Below are positions 36,573-49,299 of a stretch of 64,000 bases of DNA, one piece after another (within the stretch, counting starts at the first letter, position 1; each line of letters starts with the position of its first letter). Where the stretch lies: positions 5,019,106 through 5,083,105 of the forward strand of contig NC_057718.1 in the NCBI RefSeq assembly GCF_004010195.1. The letters are read 5' to 3'. Source of the DNA: Chiloscyllium plagiosum (lineage: Eukaryota). A program made the position numbers and the translations under genes. The notes under the pieces are model-generated. The model was given only the letters and a program-made list of their open reading frames with translations. It was not told the DNA's origin and did not search any database.

Positions 36573-39201
36573 CAGTTTCTAATTTAGTGTCTTTTGAAAG
36601 TTAGTGTTGAACCACCTCCCAACTCCCCCTCAACCAATGTGGTCCACATTATGTCAAAGTGGAGTGTTTTCAAATTGATTCTCATTTCTGCTCTTTATCA
36701 ATTGTCTGATTCTCTGTCCTGATGTTAATGGGCCAAACACTCTCACCCCCTTCTATCTAATCCAGTTTAATAAAGACCTCATCATTCCACACACTGTTAG
36801 ACTCAGTTTGAAGTTAAAGCAGCAGATTTTGGTTGGGTTCATGTAATCGAGAAGGATTAACTATAAAACAAAGGACTCTGTGGATGTGATGTGGGGAGGA
36901 TGAAGCATGTGGGATCTCTTCAGTCAGTCAGAGGATTTTTCAGGCATTAGCATTTGCAATCGCTTAGTCGAAAACAACTCTTCAGCTAATCTAGTCTCGG
37001 GGGTCAGTGCCCAGTTACGGTTGTATCAGGTGCTGCTCAGGGGCACAGTGAACCAGAGTATGAAGCCACACACTGAGGAGAGCTCAGGGCTTCACAGGAA
37101 GAAGGTAATCACAAGTAAATAGAATCATTTTGTTCCATTGGTTTTGTCCTCGGTGTGGCCTGGATGCTCGGAAACACAGAGAGAGAGAGAGAGAGAGAGA
37201 AATGCAGTGCGGCTGTTCGCCAGGAACTGGAGGGTGGTTTCTTCACTGCCATCGTCAATGTGTTCAAACAAACGGCACCAAATGCGCATTGTGCTGGGCA
37301 CCACACCCAGCTTCCTGTTTCCCCAGGTTTGCTGGGCTGTCCTGGGTGTGTGTGTGTGTGTGTGTGTGTGTGGTGGGGGGTGGTGAGGGCTGGCAAGTGT
37401 ATGGTCTGGGAAACGGGGCATCTAACCAGTGTTATGGGGGGATGGGTGGAAATAGGTGACTGGGCAGGTTTTGGTGCTCAGGGACTGTGTGTATGTCAAT
37501 ACATAACAGGTGGTGGGAGGGGATTAGGGTTTGTGAGAAGGGATCAGTTCATAGGTGTTAAGGTGCAAGGGGTGGTACTGTGTGTGTGGTAAAGGGGATG
37601 GCACTGTCAGTGGGTGTTTGGGTGTGAGGGGTGGCACTGTCAGTGGATGTTGGAATGCAGGGGAGTGGCACTGGCAGTGGGTGTTGGGGTGCTGGGGACA
37701 GGTGTGTGGGAGCTGTGCATTCAGGGCAGGGTTTTGGGGGCCATGTTGGTGTGATGTAGGATGTCAGTGTTCAATGCTTTGTAGTAATGTCAGGTGTTGG
37801 GACATGTTGGGGTCACATGTTGGGGTGTGGTTCACAGCGAGAGTCACATGATGGGATATGCAGGGACATAAGGAGTAGGCCATTCAGCCCCTCTTGCCTG
37901 TTCTACCATTCAGCCTTTCTAGTCTGTTCTGCCATTCAAATGAGATCTTGGCTGTTCTGTGACCTAACTCCATATACCTGCCTTTGGCCCAGATCCCTTA
38001 ATGCATTTGCTTAACAAAAACTTATTTTTCACCTACTTAAAACTCACAACTGATTCAGCACGCAGTACCATTTGTGGGAGAGAGTCTGGCCCTCATTCTC
38101 AGTCTATGCCCCTAATTCTAGAATCCCCAATCATTTGAAATAGTTTATCTTTATCCTGTACAGTGTTGCCATTTGGGGAGGGCGAGGACCTCAGGCTGTT
38201 GGTGCGGGGAAGTCAGGGAATATTGGATTTGGTCTGGGGTGATGAGGGATAGGGAGAAAATGGGCTTTCCTGATTAAAGAGAAGGAAATCTGTGCGGGGG
38301 TAGTGAGTTGGGGACGATGGCCTCTTCCTGGAAGTGTGGAGGAGGTTGTGAGATCAGATTATCCGGGTGCAGGGGAGAAGTGAATGAAGAGTCTCATGCC
38401 CTTCCTTTTTCCCCGACATCTCTGTCCTTCCATTATCCCAGTACTGCTGCCTGTTATGGTTGTGCTTTCCATGCTGGTCGGCTTTCTGTTGAAAACACAC
38501 AAGCCACTATGTTCCCAGGCTTGTTCCCACCCGCCCACTAAATTTGCTCAATTGCCGAATGGCTGGACGGAGTTTGGATTTTGAATGAGCTGCCTGTCCT
38601 CATTCGCATGAGGTGATAAAGCAGCCCCCATTCAGCCCTTTAACTGAAGTCCTTGTGCCTCTGTCTGGATCTGGGAGTCAGCACAGATTCTGGTCGCCCC
38701 CCCCCCCCCCCCCAAGCCTGCTTCGATCAGGCGAGGAAAGCAGCAAACTAAATGGGAGGAGATATTGTCCTTGATTCTTCAAATAAGCACATACAAACTG
38801 CTCGCCTCGTGAACCAGGTCTTTCTCCCTCCCGATCTGTCGATAAGTGGGGTGCTTCATGTGCTAGCATTTGTATGGGTTGTCTGTGTCTACGTGAGTCA
38901 ACATGTTTGGTGTGTTGGTGTGGGTGTGTTGTTTTGTGAGTTGCTGTGTCAGTGTGTATGTGGTTGTGGGGAGTGCCTGTGTGTGTATGTCTGTCAGTCT
39001 GTCTCAGTGTGTTGGAGTGGTAGGATATTCACTCTGACTGTGGTCAGTCTGGTGTGTTTCTGATCTAGCTGGTGTGTGTACTAAAGGCTTGATATCCATG
39101 TGAATGTCCTTTAATCCCCTTCCCTCCATTACAGAAATATCAGCAATGAAGGCCAAAATTCAGTTCGCCTTTTTTTATTTACTTGCTGAACCTGTGTGTT
39201 T

Positions 39202-39510
39202 TTAGATTAGATTTCTCAGTGTGGAAACAGGCCCTTCAGCCCAACAAGTCCACACCAACCTGCCGAAGCGCAACCCACCCAGACCCATTCCCCTATATTT
39301 ACCCCTTCACCTAACACTACGGGCAATTTAGCATGGCCAATTCACCTAACCTGCACATATTTGGACTGTGGGAGGAAACCGGAGCACCCGGAGGAAACCC
39401 ACACAGACACGGGGAGAACATGCAAACTCCACACAGTCAGTCGCCTGAGGCGGGAATTGAACCCGGGTCTCTGGCGCTGTGAGGCAGCAGTGCTAACCAC
39501 TGTGCCACCC
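39202..39510 (-). mobile_element. HE1-type V-SINE, young
   Basis: Near-identical to the 5397-5700 copy. Confidence 0.9.
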
Positions 39511-39904
39511 ACAATATGCACAATAACACTCCGATCCCCGTACACTGCACCTTTTTGGAATCTCTCTTCAATTATAATTTACCTTTTTTGATTCTTCCTA
39601 AAATTATTGCAGAATCTCATATACTTTTCTACATGAAAATTGATCGGCCGAGTGTTTGTCCCCATGTGCCCCCCCCGTCTGTATCGCTGCTCCCATCTGT
39701 ATCTGCCACACACCCCCCTCCGTCTATATCCCCTTGCAGATTCCTTATGCCCTCCACCTATTTTTGTATCAGCATCAAATGTGGATACGTTACGTTCTGC
39801 CCCCTCAGTAATATTGATAATAAATAACTGAGGGCCTCGGATTGATCCTTGTGGCATTCCACTCGTTATTTCTTTGCAACCCAAGAAAGACCATTAATCC
39901 CAAT

Positions 39905-39941
<37 letters not shown>

Positions 39942-40275
39942 AGCAAAGTTTCAAATTCTATCACGTTATGATTGTTACTCTCTTCAAGTTCCTTAATTAT
40001 GAGATATCTCGTTAATCCTGCCTGGTTATACAGTACTCGATCCACATGGCCTGTTCTTGGGTAGATTCTATGATGTACTGCTCAAAGAAACAGTCTCTGA
40101 TGCAGTCTACAGATTCACCTTCCCTGTAACCCTTGGCTGTCAGATTTTTCTTTCCAATAAATAAGCCAGTTAAAGCCATCCATTATGATTGTAGAGCTCT
40201 TCTTTCACATGGTTCTGGATTTATACTTGCTCTTACAGTGAGGCAACTCTTCTGGGCCAATAGACAACTCCTATC

Positions 40276-40500
40276 TGAAATAACTCCGCAGAGGCCAGTA
40301 TCCAGTCACCAAGTCACCCTTTATTTACACATGGAGAGTCCTTAACACTGATCCAGCTCCCTCAGATCCAGTTCTGAATGAACAGGATATCTGACAGTCC
40401 ATACCTGTCAGCCAGGGTTCCCTGACTGGAACTGTTAGTCTGGTCCGATTAGGGAGGTCACGTTCTGTGAGGTCCAGCTGGCTACCACTTCACTAGCCAT
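40276..40500 (-). mobile_element. Short solo-LTR-like repeat (second copy at 58760-58985, +)
   Basis: Shared gtaa(a/g)taaagggtgacttggtga...ttatttc(a) end with polyA-signal-like motif and CA terminus. Confidence 0.5.
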
Positions 40501-40629
40501 AAGTTCTTTCCTTTGCCATTCCTTATTTCCAGCCAAACTGATTCCACATCACTATCTCTAGCATCTATATCACTCCTCACTGCTGCACGATTATTGTCCT
40601 CTCTAACAACGCCTCCTTTTTCCCACAAC

Positions 40630-40664
40630 CACCTGATGAAGGAGCAGCGCTCCGAAAGCTAGTG
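40630..40664 (+). ncRNA. Minimal hammerhead motif, family B (intact), in solo repeat 40625-40750
   Basis: CAC-CTGATGA-A-GGAGC-agc-GCTCC-GAAA-GCTA-GTG. Confidence 0.8.
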
Positions 40665-41144
40665 CTTCCAATTAAACGTGTTGGACTACAACCTGGTGTT
40701 GTGTGATTTTTAACTTTGTACACCCCAGTCACACCAGCATCTCCAAATCAGCCCTTTTTCCTTTTCCTTTTTCCCTATTCTTCTGGAACATTGAGTACTG
40801 ACATCCCAATCTTTGTCATCCTGTAACCATGTCTCCATAATAGCTATCAAGTCATATGCATTTATTTCCATTGTTGCTGTCAATATCTTGTTATGAATGT
40901 ATTCAGTATTTGGATAAAGAACCTTAAGCTGTCTCTTTCTGGTTCCAGCTTCTGCTACACTCTTGTGTGTATTTTCCATCCCTTCCTGTTTTCCTTTGAT
41001 TATCGTTCGCCTCTTCACTAACCTGGACCTCTACTCTCTTCTTTCTTTGTTTTTAAACCTTCCCTTTGATTGAACACCTCCTGCCCCCACTAATTAGTTT
41101 CAAGCTCTATCTCCACCACTAGTTATACAATTCACCAGGACACA

Positions 41145-41715
41145 TGGTGAAAGGTGAATTCAATAAAATCTGGAAAACAAAAGCTAGCCTAATGATGATT
41201 ATGCTGTAAAATCCTATCCAGTTCACTAATTTTTTTTTTTACAATTCATTCATGGGATGTGGGTGTCACTGACTAGGCCAGCATTTGTTGTCCATTCCTA
41301 ATTGCCCAGAGGGCAGTTGAGAGTCAACCCACATTGCTGTGGTTCTGGAGTCACATGTAGGCCAGACCAGGCAAGGATGGCAGTTTCTTTCCCGAAAGGA
41401 CATTAGTGAACCAGATGGGGTTTTCCGACTTTTAACTCATGGTCATCTAAGTGACCATGGAAACTTAATTCCAGATTTGTTTTGCAATTGAATTCAAATT
41501 CCACCATCTGCTGTGGCAGGATTCGAACCCACGTCGCCTGAACATTACCTGGGTTTCTGGATTAACAGTCTAGTGATAATACCACAAGGCCATTGCGTCC
41601 CTCCAAATGTCGTTCAGGGAAGGAGACTTGCTGTCCTTACCTGGTCTGGCCTACATTTGACTCTGAGCAATAAATGCCGGCCTAGTCAATGTTGTCCACA
41701 CTCCAGCAATGAATC
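41145..41715. mobile_element. Second SINE family: - copy (41240-41605) nested in a + copy of the same family
   Basis: Host gttcactaat...[insert]...aatgtcgttcagggaagga continuity. Confidence 0.75.
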
Positions 41716-41724
41716 TGAGTTTGC

Positions 41725-41830
41725 CTCCTCCCTCTCCTTCCCTCCATCCTTCCCTCACTCCCTCCCTCACTCACTCCCTCTCCTTCCATTCCCTTCCCTC
41801 TCCTTCCCTTCCCTCCCTCTCCCTCACCTT
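41725..41830. repeat. Polypyrimidine (CCCT/CCTT) low-complexity tract
   Basis: ~100 nt almost purely C/T. Confidence 0.85.
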
Positions 41831-43091
41831 TTAATGGTCTGCATTACCCAACAGGCTCTGCACGTAAATTAAATCACTTGGAAAACATGGGTAATTTAGT
41901 AGTGGTGCTTAATTGATGCAAAAAATACCATGGATGAATTGGCACTTTTCCATTGGCATTCAGTTGTGTGAGAGCACTTCTGGATATGTTTTCTTTTTAA
42001 AAAAAAAAGTGGATCCAGAATTCTCGAACAAATTCTGCCAATCAAAGCAGAGACTAGGAGCATCGGTACAATGTTTATCTGAAGTTTGCCAAGTGGTGAT
42101 GAAGAGATAGAGGCTTTGAGGTAGTCTGTGGATAGAATCGCTCTGTAGCAGAACTAACACTAACTGAGGCCCCAGCGAATTTTAATGAAGTGTGTGAGAT
42201 GATAATTAAAGTGTTTTTTTTTAAAAAACAACACTGTTTAAACTTAGCTGCATCTGTGAGCAAATCTATTACAGAATCATGAAGGAAAGCCAACTATTTA
42301 CATCTCTTTATCTTCTTGCCAATACTGTACGACCAACTGCTTACCTTCCAAATTCACTGTAATTACAGACACTGAGTATCAGCCAACTTCCACACATGAA
42401 GTTTCCACAGAAAGTCATTGAGCATAAATACTAATCATCTGGCTTCTAACTGGTGAAGGGAGGAACATTGGCCAGAATGTTGAGGGAACATGTTGAATAG
42501 TGGCCAAGTGATTTTTTTTTTACATCCACCAGAGAGAGCAGCCAGCACCTGAATTGAAGAGCTTGTCTGAAAGATGGCACCTCTGAGTGTAGTGCTCTCT
42601 CAATCCTGCCTTAATTTGCCAAGACACAGGACTGGCGTATGATATCTTGTTGATGGTTGACATCAACAGAATCTGAGAATCATTGCTGTTGCATCTGACT
42701 GTTTTGTTGAAGTCATAGTGGCGATGAAGGCATGTGGATTATCGAATGATCTAGTGGATTCTCTCCTGCCAGGATCAAGTCAGACGTGGCCTTATTGGGC
42801 TGTGTCTCAGTTGCTTTGGGAGAGATGTCCATTGCTGCAAAGCCCTTAGGCACAAATGGGGGGAACACAGCCAAAGAAATCCTGTTGGCAATGACTATGC
42901 CGAGGTGTACCAAATGTTGAAATGTCTCCCAGATGGCATTCTCTTATCACAGCCATGCAGTCCTGAAGGTCTTTAACTCTTGGGTTAGGAACTGTGTGAG
43001 GGGAACAGTGATGTGGGAAGGTGCAGCAAACAGTCAGTCTTGTTGCGGTTTTGCTATCATTTGCATCTTGACTGTTGGATTCCCAGTGAAA

Positions 43092-43580
43092 TCTTACAAC
43101 ATGGAACAGTACAGGAACAAGCCCTTCAGCCCACGATGTTGTGCCAAACGTGATGCCAAATTAAACTAATCCCTTCTGCCTGCCCTTGGTCCATGTCCCT
43201 CCATTCCTTGCATATTCATGCGCTTATCTAAAAGCCCCTTAAACGTCCCTATTGTATCTGCCCTAACCACCACCACCCCTGGCAGTGTGTTTCAGACACC
43301 TAGTACTCTGTAAAAAAACAGAAACTTGCCCCTCACATCTCCGTTGAACTTTCCCCCGCTCACCTTAAATGTATGCTCCCTTGTATTAGACACTTCAACT
43401 GCGGAAAAAGACTCAGACGATCAACCCTATCTATACATCTCGTAATTTCACACACTTCTATCAAGTCTCCCCTCAGCCTCCGCCGCTCCGGAGAAAACAA
43501 CCCAAGTTTTTCTAACCTCTCCTTATAGACTCTCTAATCCAGGCAGTATCCTGGTAAAACTCTTCCGCACCCTCTCCAGA
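43092..43580 (-). mobile_element. CR1 3' end
   Basis: Reverse complement of ggagcggcggaggctgaggggagacttgatagaagt and 3'UTR. Confidence 0.8.
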
Positions 43581-44045
43581 GAGTGTGGTTCCTAAGCTTG
43601 GAATCTGGGTCTGTGTGCTGTACAGTTCCTGTTCCCTGTTGGGGAACTGAAGACTTTTTTGAAGTCTTCAGTTGATTGGTGTTAGGAAAGAAAGATTGGC
43701 CTTCAACTTTATTCACCAATAACTAAACACCAAATATTATCTGTCTTTACCCAAGCCAGGTATTCAATTATTTTTCCCTTTTAATCATCAAAAGGAATGA
43801 AAAACTGGCACAGAAATTGTGTTGACAGATCCTTCAGTTTCCTGTGCTCTGCACTCTCAAGTAGGTCACTCAAACATGTGACTGAAGAATGGCACCTAAG
43901 GTGGTCTCGTTCATTCCTTCTCTTGATGGTTGACATTACTAGATGTTTGTCAGAGTTGGAGCTGAGTTCCCTACTGCAACGGTCTTACTCAACAGGAGAA
44001 TGTAGCCAACTTAGGAACCATCTCAGAAACAGCCTGTTCAATGTA

Positions 44046-44296
44046 CAGGTCGTTCTGCTATGATGTGAGAAGCTGTGTTCCTCTTCAACCCTGCGCTGTA
44101 GAAGATCTCTCATAGAAAATTGCTAAAGCCGTTCAGTAGAAATTTTGCGTTATCCAAACAATACCCACAAGCGTCGATTCTCCTGCTGCTCGGAAGCTGC
44201 CTGACCTGTGCTTTTCCAGCACCACACTTTTCAACTCCAATATCCACAATTCACCAACTTACGCTGACAAAACCTGCATTATAGCAGAACGACCTG
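44046..44296. mobile_element. Tc1/mariner-superfamily (Tigger/pogo-like) MITE
   Basis: Perfect 16-bp TIRs caggtcgttctgctat (44046-44061) / atagcagaacgacctg (44281-44296), flanked by TA on both sides. Confidence 0.85.
44171..44237 (+). mobile_element. Family A PLE repeat inserted in the MITE, 12-bp TSD (1 mismatch)
   Basis: caatacccacaa 44159-44170 / caatatccacaa 44238-44249. Confidence 0.75.
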
Positions 44297-44881
44297 TAGG
44301 GGTAAGGGAGCAGCACTGCCCCCACTTCTTTGAAGACCCTCAGGTAAACATGGGGTGGGGTGGTGGGTGTTGGAGTGGTCTGCAGTTGTAGATTATTGTT
44401 ACCCATCGGTGCAGCAACCTTTCGATACGGAGTGAATATTGGCATTACTGGGGAGGGGCGTGAGGTCATTCTACAACAAACAAAATCTATTTAAACAGAG
44501 TCCACATGAGTTAAAGTGAATGGAATTCAAGACCAGTACACCAATGGGTGGAATATTACAGGGGCCTGAATGACATGGCCTGTGGGTGAGAAATTTGGGA
44601 GAATTGTATGAGGATTCCGAGGAGGTTTTTCTCAACACCAGCAGCTAGTCATTGCATTTTCAGAGTTCCAGTTGTCGAGATGAGATTGTCGCTAGGAGGC
44701 AGAGAGGTTACATATGACTCTCCCAGATTCCAGAATCAGGGCTCACCGGCTAAGGATATGGGAGGTAGACTGTTTCAGACTGAGATGAGAAAGGTCTTCA
44801 ACCAGAGAGCAGGGAGCCTGTGGAATTCTCTGCCATGGAAAGCAGTTAGTTTAGCCGAATGTTTTCAAGAAGGAGGTAGAC

Positions 44882-46110
44882 AATAGGTGCAGGAGTAGGC
44901 CATTCTGCCCTTCGAGCCTGCACCACCATTCAATATGATCATGGCTGATCATCCTTAATCAGTATCCTGTTCCTGCCTTATCTCCATAACCCTTGATTCC
45001 ACTATCATTGAGAGCTCTATCCAACTCTTTCTTAAATGAATCCAGAGACTGGGCCTCCACTGCCCTCTGGGGCAGAGCATTCCACACAGCCACCACTCTC
45101 TGGGTGAAGAAGTTTCTCCTCATCTCTGTCCGAAAAGGTCTGCCCCGTATTTCTAAGCTGTGTCCTCTGGTTCGGCACTCACCCATCAGCAGAAACATGT
45201 TTCCTGCCTCCAGAGTGTCCAATCCTTTAATAATCTTATATGTCTCAATCAGATCCCCTCTCAGTCTTCTAAACTCAAGGGGTATACAAGCCCAGTCGCT
45301 CCAGTCTTTCAACGTAAGGTAGTCCTGCTATTTCAGGAATTGACCTCGTGAACCTTCGCTGCACTCCCTCAATAGCCAGAATGTCTTTCCTCAAATTTGG
45401 AGACCAGAACTGCACACAGTACTCCAGGTGTGGTCTCACCAGGGCCCTGTACAGCTGCAGAAGAACCTCTTTGCTTCTATACTCAATCCCTCTTGTTATG
45501 AAGGCCAGCATGCTATTAGCCTTCTTCACTACCTGCTGTACCTGCATGCTTACCTTCATTGACTAGTGTACAAGAACACCCAGATCTCTTTGTACTGCCC
45601 CTTCATCTAAATTGATTCCATTGTGGTAGTAATCTGCCTTCCTGTTCTTGCCACCAAAGTGGATAACCATTTATCCACATTAAACTGCATCTGCCATGCA
45701 TCTGACCACTCACCTAACCTGTCCAGGTCACCCTGTAATCTCCTAACATCCTCCTCACATTTCACCCTGCCACCCAGCTTAGTATCATCAGCAAATTTGC
45801 TAATGTTATTACTAATACCATCTTCTATATCATTAACATATATTGTAAAAAGCTGCAGTCACAGCACTGATCCCTGCGGTACCCCACTGGTCACTGCCTG
45901 CCATTCTGAAATGGAGCCGTTTATCACTACCCTTTGTTTCCTACCAGCCAACCAACTTTCAATCCAAGTTAGTACATTGCCCCCAATACCCCAACTTTCA
46001 ATCCAAGTTAGTACATTGCCCCCAATACCATGCGCCCTAATTTTGCTCACTAAATACCATGTACCCTAGTTTTGCTCACTAAATACCATGCGCTCTAATT
46101 TTGCTCACTA
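44882..46110 (-). mobile_element. Young 5'-truncated CR1 LINE inserted in an older + strand CR1 end (44710-44881, 46111-46262)
   Basis: [64 protein letters not shown]. Confidence 0.92.
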
Positions 46111-46305
46111 AGGCCAAAGGAGTCAAAGGAATATGGGGAGAAAGTGGGAATGGGGGACTTAGTTGGATGATCAGCCAGGATCAGATTGAATGGCAGAGCA
46201 GGCTCGAAGGGCTGCAAGGCCCTATCCTGTTCCTATCGTCTATATTTCTACATTTCTATATGTGTTCTAGGGGATTATTACTTGTTGTCAGTGATGTTGC
46301 CTGTG

Positions 46306-46810
46306 CTGGCATGGTGGCTCAGTGGTTAGCTCTGCTGCCTCACAGTACCAGGGACCCAGGTTCGATTCCAGCCTTAGGAAACTCTCTGGGCCGAGATTGC
46401 ACATTCTCCCAAGAGTTTGAGTAGGTTGGGCCTGCACTTAATTGGGTACGGAAGAAAGAGAGGTATCCTTATTGAAATACACAAGATTCTTCAGGGACCT
46501 GGCAGGGTAGATGCGGAGACATTGTTTTTCCCTTGTGGGAGAGTCTAGGATCAGAATGCATCACCTCAGAATAGGGACATTGAAGACAGAGATGAGGAGG
46601 ACTTTTACCCGCACGGACTTCTTTATCCTAGAGCACTGTCAAGGCTGAGTCCTTAGATATATTCATGGCTGGAGAGAGAGACTTTCAAACAGTAAGGGGA
46701 TTGAGGGTTAACGGGGAAAAGCAAGAAAGTGGAATTGAGGACTATCCATAATCTCATTGAATGGCAGAAAATATTCGATGGGCTGAATGGCAGACGACTG
46801 CTCCTGTATC
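46306..46810 (+). mobile_element. HE1 SINE 5' fragment (46306-46410) followed by a decayed CR1 3' end
   Basis: ggcatggtggctcagtggttagc...ggttcgattcc; then cttattgaaatacacaagattct. Confidence 0.7.
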
Positions 46811-47389
46811 TGCAGTCACTTCCTGTAGTGTGGTTACTGGTTTCAGTGACAGTGAGCTTTGGAGAGTGTAATCGAGAATGTAGTTAAGGTTATCTTAAAA
46901 TGAGAGAAATGGCAAGGGTCAGGTTTGATTGTCGCACTGTAAACTCTGAGGGTAGTTAATGTGAAACAGCACTGCTTAGCAGATCAAATATTCCAAAGAT
47001 CTAATCTCCAACCAACCACCCTTCATAGTTGATGATTAATAAAGGAGTCCTAATTGTCTGGGCTGTCTCCAGGATAAAGCAGACTTGTATTTGCATAGTG
47101 GAAATATAACCTCCTTATTTTTATTGTATTTTACCCCTCTAAGTCTTAAAAATACCACCCAAGAAGTCCATTTGGATTATGTTTAACTCCACTTTCATAC
47201 ACTCTCACTGTCTCCTGCCATCACTCTGCATCATTCTAGGTATTCTTTTGTTCTCAGTCAGGGATATGAGCATCACTGGTTGGGTCAGCATTTATTGGAG
47301 AAAGTGCGGACTGCAGATGCTGGAGATCAGAGCTGAAAATGTGATGCTGGAAAAGCGCAGCAGGTCAGGCAGCATCCAAGGAGCAGGAG

Positions 47390-47425
47390 AATCGACGTTT
47401 CGGGCATGAGCCCTTCTTCAGGAAT
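47390..47425 (-). ncRNA. Minimal hammerhead motif, family A (intact core)
   Basis: Reverse complement: ATTC-CTGAAGA-A-GGGC-tcat-GCCC-GAAA-CGTC-GATT. Confidence 0.8.
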
Positions 47426-47431
47426 GAGCCC

Positions 47432-47467
47432 ATTCCTGAAGAAGGGGTCATGCCCGAAACGTCGATT
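47432..47467 (+). ncRNA. Minimal hammerhead motif, family A (one stem II change)
   Basis: ATTC-CTGAAGA-A-GGGg-tcat-GCCC-GAAA-CGTC-GATT. Confidence 0.7.
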
Positions 47468-48949
47468 CTCCTGCTCCTTGGATGCTGCCTGACCTGCTGT
47501 GCTTTTCCAGCAACACATTTTCAGGTCAGTATTTATTGTCCATCCTAATTGCCTTTGGTGGTGCTAAACCATCTTGTTGAACCATTGCAGTTCTTTGGGT
47601 GTACAAATATCCACAATGCCCTTGGGGGAGGGAGTTCCAGGATTTTGACCCAGCGATACTGAAGGAACGGCAGCATATTTCCAAGTCAGGATGGTGAGTG
47701 GCTCGGAGGGAAACTTGCAGAGTGTAGTGCTTCTTTCTAGATGGAAGTGGTTATAGGTTTGTAAGGGTTCTTTTACACTGTGATGAACAGGCTGTGGAGG
47801 TGTAGCCTGACTGCAGTCTAAATCTGTATTCACATACACAGATTTTCTCTAGTCCATTAGCATTATTCATTTTGAGATCATTCATTGGTAACTTATTCCA
47901 GGTCTCTGTTAACCTCTCTGTTATCTAATGTGGCCTCTCTTGTGTTTGCTTTATAATAAGAAATGGGTAGTGATGAACGAAACTAAGTTAAATATTTATA
48001 ACTGATGTAGATTCAGTGAGTGAACCTTCCAGAAAATGCCCAAAGTTTTGTCATGATGCTGAGTTTAACTGACTGCATCGGAAAGAATGGAGGGTTGCTT
48101 TTTGGTTTGGGCTGAATATTCACTGTTGGAGTTCTGTGGCTTGCTCCATTTTTCAGGTCCTGCACATGTTTTTGTCAGAAATGAGAAGGAGCTGTGCACA
48201 ATTTCAAGCCTTTTATTGCGGTAAACACAAGAGTTCACAATCCTGTGGGAAACATTTTCCAATTCATAACAGTTCAAGAGGTCTCCAGCTCAGAGGCAAT
48301 AGAGATTTGCATACGGAATTCAATTGCATCTGCTTCCTGAATTGGAACAGACTTGGGTCAGGTAGGTATGGTGTGTGTTTGATTTCAAGTCAGGCTCCAT
48401 TTACCCAGTCTCATCAAATGCTCAGGTCAGATGTGGCACAGAGGGAAAAAAAAAGTTGCATTTGCGAAGTAATCATCACAACCTCAGGATGCCCCCTTAT
48501 CACGTCAAGACCAGTTAACAGTTTGTTTTTGGAGATTCAGGAACCTAAGTATTTCTGAAACCAAAATAAAGCCACAATGTTCACTGTTTAAAATCAAACA
48601 ACTTTACCTTTAGAATGAAAGAACTTCAATATTCCTATTTTAAATAATTAATGTTAAAACAATAAATAGAGGGAGGCAATGATAACTGCATTGGACTAGA
48701 GATCCGGTCTAACGCAGACCTGCTGAGTTTCTCCAGCACTATGACAGCGTCAGTGGTGAGAGAAACCAAGTTTACATTTTGGTCTGATATGACTCATCAG
48801 ATCCCTTTCAGACTTGAAGCCCTGAGCTCAACATGTACATAGTTAGCGTCTTCAGTGTTCCTTAACACTTGCGACTGGCACTTTGGATCTCTCGCTCTCG
48901 CACTGTTCTTCACTCAGCTATCCAAGAAGTCCAACTCATTGCCAATAAA

Positions 48950-49062
48950 CACTGAAAGAACTGCAGATGCTGTCAATGGGAAACAAAAACAGAAGTTGCT
49001 GGAAAAGCTCAGCAGGTCTGGCAGCATCTGTGGAGAGAAATCAGAGTGACCCTTACTCAGGC
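48950..49062 (-). mobile_element. Family C PLE repeat (further fragments at 48715-48810)
   Basis: gaaagaactgcagatgctg...gttgctggaaaagctcagcaggtctggcagcatctgtggagagaaatcagagt. Confidence 0.7.
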
Positions 49063-49299
49063 TGACAGTAGGGCCTTTCAGTTATCAAGACTTTTAAAAC
49101 TTTTTAATCAACATGTTGCATTTTAATTAATTTTGGTTCAAAAGAAGGCAACTTTGTTTTCAACCAATCTGTTCGAAACCCAATCCATATACAAGAAAAT
49201 ACTCCCCACTCATGACACACTGTGATTAATTGCTTGTGTATATTTGAGCTTATTTTTCTTTTATCTCCCAGGCAACTTGGTCATATAACCAGTTCCTAA

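Larger units (their letters stand above)
39540..41145 (-). mobile_element. Old fragmented CR1 including APE endonuclease start and RT pieces
   Basis: LKVLY..IHNK..EINAYDLIAIMETWLQDDKDW (40710-41018); ITSGMPQGSIRGPQLFI..STFDADTKIGG (39579-39884). Confidence 0.7.
47298..47523. mobile_element. Palindromic family A PLE mini-element with two complete hammerhead cores and 15-bp TSD
   Basis: TSD ggtcagcatttattg 47283-47297 / ggtcagtatttattg 47524-47538; inserted in a LINE tail (47255-47770, -). Confidence 0.9.
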
